DNA of 64,000 nucleotides from Gammaproteobacteria bacterium (GCA_040882865.1 JBBEAN010000003.1:33085-97084), one strand, 5' to 3'. Numbered from the stretch's first letter, positions 50,982-58,240 are shown. Program-made: numbers and translations. The notes: generated by a model from the sequence alone, not told the origin.

Positions 50982-52378
50982 GCTAGCGGAACTCGGTCCG
51001 AATGCGCTAAATCGTCCGCGAACATCGCTTCCATTTCTCCCGCGAATTCGCGCCCAAGGATGACGGCATTCAGTTCGTCATTGTAGAGAAAGCTGCGCCA
51101 GTCGATGTTGCTTGAACCCACGGTCGACCAGACGCCGTCAATGACGGCGGTTTTCGCATGCATCACGGAGCCACGTCGTTCGAAAATTCTTACGCCGGCC
51201 TCCAGCAACTCCTCATAATAAGAACGACCGACGTGGAAAATGGGCCAACTGTCGCTGTTTGCCGGCATGATCAACTTGACGTCCACGCCCCGCGCCGCCG
51301 CTCCCTTCAACGCGTCGAGAAACTGTTCGTCCGGTGCGAAGTAAGCGATGGTAAGGTAAACGCTGTGCTCCGCGGACTGGATCGCCGCGAGCAAAGTCAA
51401 ATAAATAACACTGCGCTCGTCGTCCGGGGTGCTGCCAATCGCACGCACAATCTCGTCGCCGTGCGCGCGGAGCTCGGGGAAATAGGCACGATCGGGCAGG
51501 GGAGGCCCGTCCTGTTCAGTCCAGGTCTCGTGGAACAGCCGCTGAAACTCCGCTACAACGGGGCCGCTGATTTGCAGATGCGTGTCCCGCCATCCGGCAG
51601 GCCGTGCTGACGGCTTCCGTGAGCGGCTCATGAAGCTGCCGCTCGAGTACACCTCACTGATGTTGATGCCCCCGACGAACGCCGTGGCACCGTCGATGAC
51701 GAGCAACTTGCGATGGCCGCGGTGATTGAACTTCAGCGAGCGGGACTTCGGCGACAGCGGATTGATTGGGTTGAACTCGACGAGCCGAATACCGCCGTCG
51801 CGCAAGCGGTCGAAGAATTCTGTCGGCGTCTCGAGCGTAGCGAAACTGTCGTAAATGAGATTCACTTGGACGCCGTCGGCTTGTCGCTCGAGCAACAGGT
51901 CGGCGAACTCGCGCCCGACGTCGTCATCCTCGAAGATGTAGGTCTGCAGATTGATGTGGTCGGTTGCGGCCCGGATAGCTTTCATCATCGCCGCATACGT
52001 TGCGGGCCCGTCCTTCAGCAGACGGAGACGGTTACCACCGACGAGCGGACTGTCGGCGTTGATCGCCTGCTCGACCAACATGTGGCGGCCGAGAATGCCG
52101 CCCCCTTCTTCGGACTCTGTGACGATTTTCGGTGCAAGATGGGCCACGCGAAATTCCTTTTCGGCGTCAGGGAGCGCGGCGCAACCGTTGGTGGTCAACA
52201 ACAGCGCCACGACAAACGTGCCGACAACGCCGCAGAACCAGTAAGCCAGGGAGAGCCACCATCGGCGGCCCTCCCCGGACCGGACCGGTACCTCAGCTGA
52301 TCGTGAGCCCGCTTGCGTCCACGTTGCGGACACCACGGATGTTTTCCGCGAGGTCAATTGCGAGTTCCTTCTCATCAT
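50909..52378 (-). CDS. cls: phospholipase D family cardiolipin synthase
   Basis: Two HKD motifs (HRKLLVIDGATAFVGGIN and HAKTAVIDGVWSTVGSSN) and an N-terminal TM helix. No alternative start lies downstream of the BON stop. Confidence 0.88.
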   Translation of the reverse strand: MMRRNSQLTSRKTSVVSATWTQAGSRSAEVPVRSGEGRRWWLSLAYWFCGVVGTFVVALLLTTNGCAALPDAEKEFRVAHLAPKIVTESEEGGGILGRHMLVEQAINADSPLVGGNRLRLLKDGPATYAAMMKAIRAATDHINLQTYIFEDDDVGREFADLLLERQADGVQVNLIYDSFATLETPTEFFDRLRDGGIRLVEFNPINPLSPKSRSLKFNHRGHRKLLVIDGATAFVGGINISEVYSSGSFMSRSRKPSARPAGWRDTHLQISGPVVAEFQRLFHETWTEQDGPPLPDRAYFPELRAHGDEIVRAIGSTPDDERSVIYLTLLAAIQSAEHSVYLTIAYFAPDEQFLDALKGAAARGVDVKLIMPANSDSWPIFHVGRSYYEELLEAGVRIFERRGSVMHAKTAVIDGVWSTVGSSNIDWRSFLYNDELNAVILGREFAGEMEAMFADDLAHSDRVPLAQWRERPLPLRVMEWSAKLIERGL

Positions 52379-53261
52379 CGTTGTTGACTTCGCCGCTCAG
52401 CTTGACGACGCCCTCATCGACGTCCACGTCGATGTCGAACGCGCTCACCCAGCGCGACGTCATCAGGCTCGCTTTCACCTTCGTCGTGATCCAGGTATCG
52501 GACACTTCGTTGGTCAGGCTGTCCTCTTGTTCCGGTTCGTTCGCCTGCACGGTCTGGTCGACGATCGGGGCGCCGGACGATACCGTGCCGCTCGCGCCTG
52601 CCTGGGCGAGCGAGGTCGCACCCGCGTCTTCGTGGAAGTCGGCGTCAACTTCGATTTCGTTCACGACTGAACGGACACCGTCCGTGTTCGATGCGAGCTC
52701 CTCTGCGGACTGCTTCGCCTCTTCCGTCGTCGCGACGCCTGACAGCGTGACGACGCCGGCCTCGGTGGTGACGTTGGTGTTCAGCGCCTCAGCATCACGG
52801 CTCCAGAGAAGCTTGCCTTTCACCGATGCGGTGAGTACTGCGTCGTCGACGCGGTCACCGAAACTGCGGTCACCGTCTGCGCGGACCTCGGCCGTGTACT
52901 CCTCGTCGACTTCGATCTGGTTGTCGACCTCGTCGATTCCGTCGGCATTCATCGCGAGCGACTCCGCGAGATCCTTGTGGACCTCATCGCTCACCGTTCC
53001 GGACAGCGTCGCGGTGTTCTCCTCGACCTTGACGTCGATGTCACTTGACCGCAGCTGACGGTTCAGCGCGAAGGTGGTGGAAATCTGGCTCTCCTTACGC
53101 GCGGCGCTGACCTTACTGTCGGTTTCCACCGACACCCGGGCTTCGTCGCCCTTGTGGCGCTTGTCGCGTTTGTCGTCGTCACCTGCGAAGGCGTTGCCGG
53201 CGAGCGCCGTTGCCAACACCAGGCATGACGCCGCGGCTGCGCTGCGTGTGTAGATAGTCAT
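52293..53261 (-). CDS. secreted BON domain-containing protein (OsmY-like, three BON repeats)
   Basis: Signal peptide AASCLVLATALAGNAFA and three BON units (e.g. VKVEENTATLSGTV, VTTEAGVVTLSGVA, VDVDEGVVKLSGEV). GGAGG lies 6 nt upstream of the ATG. Confidence 0.88.
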   Translation of the reverse strand: MTIYTRSAAAASCLVLATALAGNAFAGDDDKRDKRHKGDEARVSVETDSKVSAARKESQISTTFALNRQLRSSDIDVKVEENTATLSGTVSDEVHKDLAESLAMNADGIDEVDNQIEVDEEYTAEVRADGDRSFGDRVDDAVLTASVKGKLLWSRDAEALNTNVTTEAGVVTLSGVATTEEAKQSAEELASNTDGVRSVVNEIEVDADFHEDAGATSLAQAGASGTVSSGAPIVDQTVQANEPEQEDSLTNEVSDTWITTKVKASLMTSRWVSAFDIDVDVDEGVVKLSGEVNNDDEKELAIDLAENIRGVRNVDASGLTIS

Positions 53262-53289
53262 GTTGTACCTCCATATGGTTGGAAATAAT

Positions 53290-53327
53290 CCTTGCCCGGT
53301 ACACGCCGTAGTGGCGGCCGGGCAAGG
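53290..53327 (-). terminator. strong hairpin between the PRC-barrel gene and the BON gene
   Basis: CCTTGCCCGG (53290-99) pairs with CCGGGCAAGG (53318-27), a perfect 10-bp stem. On the minus strand it is followed by AUUAUUUCC. It ends only 17 nt before the BON Shine-Dalgarno sequence. Confidence 0.5.
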
Positions 53328-53452
53328 AGGTTTTCAGGACGTTCGACTGGCGGGCGGACACCCTCGCGGCTGATTGCGCAGCGCGCCTGGATGCGTGCCG
53401 CCAGTCTTTTCGCTGTACCCTTGATCACGTCCTTGATCATGTGGGTCGTGGT

Positions 53453-53845
53453 TCAGTGGTGGGTGGCGGTTCCGTAATACGAGCGAACCTTGTTGGCCCA
53501 CACTTCGTCCCGCATATTGGGCCAGTCATCCTTGTCGAAACCCGGCGCATCCTTCAGCCGGTCCTTTTCCACGTTGAGCAGAAAGCGTTTGTTCCGCGTA
53601 TCGAGTATCAGCGCGCTCCACGGTACAGCGAACAGCTTGTCCGCCATGCCGAGGAAGCCGCCGAATGACAGGACCGCATAGGCGACGGAGCCATCGCTCA
53701 TGTCGAGCATGATCTCCTTGATATCACCGAGACCTTCTTCCTTATGGTTGAAGACGTCGGTGCCTATGAGGGTATCCGCGCCCATCAACTCCGGACCAGG
53801 GCCCTCATCGCGGCGCTTGTACATGCCGTGCGCGTCGCGGTCCAT
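53453..53845 (-). CDS. PRC-barrel domain-containing protein
   Basis: LIGTDVFNHKEEGLGDIKEIMLDMSDGSVAYAVLSFGGFLGMADKLFAVPW is a typical PRC-barrel stress protein. I prefer ATG 53845 over the track GTG 53854. Confidence 0.85.
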   Translation of the reverse strand: MDRDAHGMYKRRDEGPGPELMGADTLIGTDVFNHKEEGLGDIKEIMLDMSDGSVAYAVLSFGGFLGMADKLFAVPWSALILDTRNKRFLLNVEKDRLKDAPGFDKDDWPNMRDEVWANKVRSYYGTATHH

Positions 53846-53850
53846 GTAGT

Positions 53851-54030
53851 TCACCGCCGCTCCTCGCGGAACTCTTCCTTGGCATCGCCGTAACCCTTGC
53901 GAACACTGCCGGCAGTTTTCTCGACCTTACCTTTCGCTTCAAGGCTACGATCTCCGGTCACCCGGCCGGTGACCTCTTTGGTCTTGCCTTTCGCTTTTTG
54001 AAGGGTGCCTTTACCTTGCTGCTTGTTCAT
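53851..54030 (-). CDS. CsbD family general stress protein (59 aa, below the ORF-track cutoff)
   Basis: Hand translation gives MNKQQGKGTLQKAKGKTKEVTGRVTGDRSLEAKGKVEKTAGSVRKGYGDAKEEFREERR. GGAGG lies 4 nt upstream, and the stop is 5 nt before the PRC-barrel ATG. Confidence 0.8.
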   Translation of the reverse strand: MNKQQGKGTLQKAKGKTKEVTGRVTGDRSLEAKGKVEKTAGSVRKGYGDAKEEFREERR

Positions 54031-54106
54031 TTTGCCTCCAGATGTTCGAGCTTGACGTTCATGATGGCCGCGTCAGGGCGACGGGTCGGTACGAAAGCTA
54101 ACAGTG

Positions 54107-54319
54107 CTATTCCATCTCCTCGTCGGCGTCTCTTGCGGAAGCTTGGCGGCCCGCGAGGTTCTCGCCGCGATCACGTGACTGCTGGTTCTCGCGCTGGTTT
54201 TCGTGCTGCGTGCCAGCTTGCTGCTGCTGCTTGCCGGGCTGTGCGGGCTGGTCCGTCTGGCCCGGTTTGCCCTGCTGTTGCTGGTTCGGGTTCTGCGTAT
54301 TGTTGTTGCGGTCTTTCAT
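54107..54319 (-). CDS. Gln/Asn-rich hydrophilic, probably disordered small protein (70 aa)
   Basis: MKDRNNNTQNPNQQQQGKPGQTDQPAQPGKQQQQAGTQHENQRENQQSRDRGENLAGRQASARDADEEME. GGAGG lies 8 nt upstream of ATG 54319. It has no hydrophobic core, and I recognise no family. Confidence 0.6.
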   Translation of the reverse strand: MKDRNNNTQNPNQQQQGKPGQTDQPAQPGKQQQQAGTQHENQRENQQSRDRGENLAGRQASARDADEEME

Positions 54320-54492
54320 TGTTGCGCCCTCCTTCAAGGGTTGCGTATGTGGATGCGAATCAAGAGTGTTCCCGGCGGGGATTGTCGTCGGTTCGTCAGG
54401 TCACATTCGTTGCCTTGCGAACTGAACGGTGGCGGGCATATTTGAGATGCTCAACCAATTCACCTGCACCAAATAGAGGGCAATGCACGATC

Positions 54493-55119
54493 ATGGAAAC
54501 AGCAAAGCACAAATTGCCACAGCTCTCGTATGCGTACGACGCGCTGGAGCCACACATCGATGCACAGACGATGTCTGTACACCACGGCAAGCACCATGCG
54601 TCCTATGTCTCGAAGTTGAACGAGTCGTTGGACAAAGCGCCCGAACTGAAATCGAAGTCCCTCGAATGGCTGCTCACGCACCTGGACGAAGTGCCGTCCC
54701 GACTAAGGACGTCCGTGCGCAACAACGGCGGCGGGCATTTGAACCACACGATGTTTTGGCAACTGATGTCACCCGACGGTGGTGGCGATCCGGCAGGTGC
54801 GCTCGCGGAGGCAATCACCCGCGATTTCGGAAGCGTTGATGATTTTCGCGGCGAGTTTGAGGCGCTCGGCGCGAAAGTTTTCGGATCAGGATGGGTGTGG
54901 CTCGCGACTGGGCCTGACGGCAAGCTCAGCATCGTCACGACCGGCGGTCACGACAACCCCCTCATGGATGGGCTGACGCCGGTCTTGGTGAACGACGTCT
55001 GGGAACATGCGTACTACTTGAAGCATCAGAACCGTAGACCCGACTACCTGTCCGGCTGGTGGGCCGTTGCCGATTGGCACGCAGCCGGTGAGCACTACCA
55101 GCGCGCTTCAGCCCAATAA
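54493..55119 (+). CDS. Fe/Mn-family superoxide dismutase
   Basis: LPQLSYAYDALEPHIDAQTMSVHHGKHH ... NNGGGHLNHTMFW ... DVWEHAYYLKHQNRRPDYL. I trimmed it to ATG 54493 because the long track ORF from 53998 has no support upstream. Confidence 0.93.
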   Translation: METAKHKLPQLSYAYDALEPHIDAQTMSVHHGKHHASYVSKLNESLDKAPELKSKSLEWLLTHLDEVPSRLRTSVRNNGGGHLNHTMFWQLMSPDGGGDPAGALAEAITRDFGSVDDFRGEFEALGAKVFGSGWVWLATGPDGKLSIVTTGGHDNPLMDGLTPVLVNDVWEHAYYLKHQNRRPDYLSGWWAVADWHAAGEHYQRASAQ

Positions 55120-55122
55120 AAT

Positions 55123-55148
55123 GGGCCAGGGCGGCGACGCCCTGGCCC
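55123..55148. terminator. bidirectional intrinsic terminator between sod and the sortase operon
   Basis: GGGCCAGGGCG-GCGA-CGCCCTGGCCC forms an 11-bp perfect stem. On the minus strand it is followed by AUUUUAUU. Confidence 0.7.
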
Positions 55149-55166
55149 TACATCACGATTGCCCGT

Positions 55167-55850
55167 TTACTTGGCTTGGAAGCGACGGCGCAGGCCGACA
55201 CCGATGCCGCCGAGTAGCGACAGTGCACCACCGATCGCGAGCCACGGAAGCGGGCCGGCGGTCGCCGGAAGCTGCGCAAGCACCGGGTCTGCGTCATCCG
55301 GACTTGCGGAACGCTGTGAGCTGCCGCTGCCCGCCTGCGCATACATGCTGGAACGGGCGCCGGGGTCGCCATCCGAACTGACCCCCGCGACCTGGTTCAT
55401 CGGGGCGCCGGGCAAGCTGGCGAAACCGTAATGCCCTTCTGGTACATAAAGGTTCACACGCTGGCCGCGCGTGAGTTGGTCGAACGGCGTCCGGCGCTCG
55501 TTGATGTAGGCGACCTGACCGGGGGCCGGCTCGATCGTGACGTCGCCGAGATTCCCGCTGTACCGATTGCGGATCTGGAACCGCACTTCACCGTCTTCCT
55601 CGACTTCCTCGAAGCTCGCCGAGAAGCGCGCCCAAGTTTTGCCGTCGACGACGACGGCTTCTTGACACGCGTCCACGATGTTCGGGTAGGCGGCTTTGAG
55701 TTCATCGCTCCACTCGACTTCGTTGCAGGTCGCCGGACGCGTGCGTTCTGGCGGCAGTTCCTCGACGGGTAGCTGCTGGGCGACAACTGCGCCCGCGCAG
55801 GCCAATCCGACGAGCGTCGCCACAGTCTTGACTCCAGTTTTTCTCTTCAT
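55167..55850 (-). CDS. secreted protein with C-terminal LPXTG-like sortase sorting signal
   Basis: Signal peptide TLVGLACAGAVVAQQ. The C-terminus is LPATAG, a hydrophobic stretch PLPWLAIGGALSLLGGIGVGL and the basic tail RRRFQAK. It lies 12 nt downstream of a sortase gene. Confidence 0.8.
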   Translation of the reverse strand: MKRKTGVKTVATLVGLACAGAVVAQQLPVEELPPERTRPATCNEVEWSDELKAAYPNIVDACQEAVVVDGKTWARFSASFEEVEEDGEVRFQIRNRYSGNLGDVTIEPAPGQVAYINERRTPFDQLTRGQRVNLYVPEGHYGFASLPGAPMNQVAGVSSDGDPGARSSMYAQAGSGSSQRSASPDDADPVLAQLPATAGPLPWLAIGGALSLLGGIGVGLRRRFQAK

Positions 55851-55862
55851 ATCCCTCTCCTC

Positions 55863-56456
55863 TCAGTTGATGGCGACCGCGCGCACGATATATCGCTGTG
55901 GCGCACTGCCGACGAAATAAAATGGATAGCAGGTGACGAGCGTCAACGCAGGTTCATCGGTTGGGTACAGCGAGGACACATCCGTTGGCTCGACCACGGC
56001 CAGATCGGTGATCCGGTAGCGGCGCGTACCTGCCTGATGCTCGACTTCAATCTCGTCGCCGAGCACGACGTCCTTGAGTCCGCGAAAATGTCCATCACGG
56101 TGTGCAGCGATGCCGGCGTTGCCATTGCTGCCCGGCGCCGCGGTCCCCTCGATCGCGCCGGCGCCCCGGTTGAGGTTGCGCTCGCTCGTATCGCTGAAGA
56201 CCGGCACTTCGATTCCGGCGCTCGGTACGCGCAATACCGCGAGGGGTATCCCCGCGCTCGCATCACGGTAGGCTGCAACACGCGATTCGGACCAAGCGGA
56301 CTGGTCGGGTATGCCGACTTCGAGGGTGCGCCGGTCATCAAAGGCCTCGAGTGCGTCGCGTCGCTCGACTTCGCCGTGGGTACGGGCACCCGCATAGGTG
56401 GCAAGCAGGCCTATCCCAACGACTATGAGGACAATTTCGAGCAGTTTCGTTCGCAT
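55863..56456 (-). CDS. sortase (Gram-negative / class GN type)
   Basis: N-terminal TM anchor, catalytic His (GIAAHRDGHF), the TLVTC Cys motif (LTLVTCYPF) and a conserved Arg (RYIVRA). Confidence 0.85.
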   Translation of the reverse strand: MRTKLLEIVLIVVGIGLLATYAGARTHGEVERRDALEAFDDRRTLEVGIPDQSAWSESRVAAYRDASAGIPLAVLRVPSAGIEVPVFSDTSERNLNRGAGAIEGTAAPGSNGNAGIAAHRDGHFRGLKDVVLGDEIEVEHQAGTRRYRITDLAVVEPTDVSSLYPTDEPALTLVTCYPFYFVGSAPQRYIVRAVAIN

Positions 56457-56569
56457 CGGTCTGCTACTTTGACGGCCGCGCGGCTGAGCTTCCGTGCGGT
56501 ATCGCCCCTAAGGTGAGTGCGTGTGGTCCCGTACATACTGGGCGTCTGCTTCGGAGGTAGCGTGACCCC

Positions 56570-57277
56570 ATGCAGAACCGCCTGTTAGCAGCCCTGCCGC
56601 CGGATGAGTCCGCGCGTCTAGATCCGCACCTCACACTGGTGCCCATGACGCAGGGCATGGTCATCGACGACGCCGAGGACCATCTGTACTTCCCGGTCGA
56701 CTGCGTGGTCGCACTCCTTTACGAGCTCAGCGACGGCGCGAGCGCAGAGATTTCCTTGGTCGGCAATGAGGGCGTTGCGGGCATTGGATTATCGATCGGC
56801 GGAATCCCGACCCTGAACCGCGCCGTGGTCCAGACCGCCGGACACGCGCAAAAAGTCCGTGCGACAGTGCTGCACGAAGAATTCAACCGGGACGACAAAC
56901 TGCAACGACTCCTCTTTGGCTACACGCGCGCATTGTTCGCACAGATGGCCCAAACCGCCGCATGCAACTTGAGCCACCCGGTCCATCAACGCATGTGTCG
57001 CTGGATGCTGCTCACGCTCGACCGCGTTGTGTCGGACCGGCTCGTGATGGAACGTGACCTCGTCGCGTCCATCCTCGGCGTGCCGACGCATGAGGTCGAC
57101 GACGCGGTCGCGAAGCTCGCGCGCCTCGGCGCAGTCAGCGGTTCGCGCTCGCAAATGACCGTCCTCAACCGACCGCAACTCGAACGGCTCTGCTGCGAGT
57201 GTTATGCGCTCGTGAAGCACGAATCAGAGCGACTGTTGCACCCGGTCTCCCACCACAAACTTCGATCGATTATCTGA
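56570..57277 (+). CDS. Crp/Fnr family transcriptional regulator (paralog 3)
   Basis: MQNRLLAALPPDE... has the same architecture as paralogs 1 and 2 and carries a CCECY motif. Confidence 0.88.
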   Translation: MQNRLLAALPPDESARLDPHLTLVPMTQGMVIDDAEDHLYFPVDCVVALLYELSDGASAEISLVGNEGVAGIGLSIGGIPTLNRAVVQTAGHAQKVRATVLHEEFNRDDKLQRLLFGYTRALFAQMAQTAACNLSHPVHQRMCRWMLLTLDRVVSDRLVMERDLVASILGVPTHEVDDAVAKLARLGAVSGSRSQMTVLNRPQLERLCCECYALVKHESERLLHPVSHHKLRSII

Positions 57278-57279
57278 CC

Positions 57280-58026
57280 GTGAACAGACCCAGCGACAAT
57301 CCAGATTTCAGGCAATCAACGGCGACACCGCCGCCCCGTTTCGGGGGCGAGACATCGTCCTCGACGCTCTTGAACGAGCGCCTCGCCGCGCTGCCGCGCC
57401 ATGACCGTGACGCGATGCTCGAGCAATCCACGACCGTCGAATTGAAACTCGGCGAGGTACTCGCCGAGGCGGGCCAACCCGCGGCTTACGCCTACTTTCC
57501 CGTCGGCGGAATAATTTCGTTACTTGCGTCGGTCGACAAGAAGACCACGCTTGAAGTGGCCCTGGTCGGCTTCGAAGGGATGCTGGGGCTGTCGCTCGCA
57601 TTGGGCGCCGAGGGCGCTCCGTTGCGGGCGCGGGTCCGCGCCGCGGGCACCGCGCTCCGGATCGACGCCGCGACGTTCAAGCGTCTATTGGAGAACAGTC
57701 CGGAGATGCGTGCCGACCTGAATCGCTACGCGTGTGCCCAGCTCGCCGCAATCGCGCAGACCGCCGTCTGCACGCGCTTCCACCTCGTCGAGGAGCGGCT
57801 CGCGCGCTGGTTGCTGATGATCCATGACCGCGCGGGCAGCGACCACCTCGAGCTCACGCACGGTCTTCTCGCTGAAATGCTCGGGGTCCGCCGCAGCGGC
57901 ATCACGACGGCCGCGGGCGTGCTCCGTCAACGCGGCTTCATTAAGTACACGCGCGGCGACATCACGATCGTTGATCGGGAGGGTCTTGAAGCCGCCAGCT
58001 GCGCCTGCTATCGAATTGTTCGTTAG
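57280..58026 (+). CDS. Crp/Fnr family transcriptional regulator (paralog 4)
   Basis: Same barrel plus HTH (LTHGLLAEMLGVRRSGITTAAGVLRQRGFI), ending in SCACY. The start is uncertain. GTG 57280 lies right after the paralog 3 stop, and the track ATG 57199 would overlap it by 79 nt. Confidence 0.8.
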   Translation: MNRPSDNPDFRQSTATPPPRFGGETSSSTLLNERLAALPRHDRDAMLEQSTTVELKLGEVLAEAGQPAAYAYFPVGGIISLLASVDKKTTLEVALVGFEGMLGLSLALGAEGAPLRARVRAAGTALRIDAATFKRLLENSPEMRADLNRYACAQLAAIAQTAVCTRFHLVEERLARWLLMIHDRAGSDHLELTHGLLAEMLGVRRSGITTAAGVLRQRGFIKYTRGDITIVDREGLEAASCACYRIVR

Positions 58027-58092
58027 CGCACGGACCGCCCAAGTCTGCTGCCGTACCTTCTAAAACGTCAAAACAATTGAAGGGCGAGCGTC

Positions 58093-58239
58093 ATGTTAGA
58101 AACGATTGTCATCATCCTGTTGGTTCTCTGGGTGCTCGGGCTCGTCTCGTCATACACGATGGGCGGACTCATCCACATCCTGTTGGTGATCGCCATCGTG
58201 ATCTTTTTGCTGCGGGTCATCCGCGGACGGAGGGTTTGA
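58093..58239 (+). CDS. lmo0937 family small membrane protein (48 aa, below the ORF-track cutoff)
   Basis: Hand translation gives MLETIVIILLVLWVLGLVSSYTMGGLIHILLVIAIVIFLLRVIRGRRV, which matches the family pattern (GGLIHILLVIA...RGRRV). Confidence 0.75.
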   Translation: MLETIVIILLVLWVLGLVSSYTMGGLIHILLVIAIVIFLLRVIRGRRV

Positions 58240-58240
58240 A

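Noticed and set aside
54090-54113. ECF (EcfG-like) promoter GGAAT-N15-CGTA upstream of csbD
   Set aside because: It deviates from GGAAC-N16/17-CGTT in both hexamers and in the spacing. I found no similar element upstream of the other island genes, and the host looks gammaproteobacterial, where such genes are usually RpoS-dependent.
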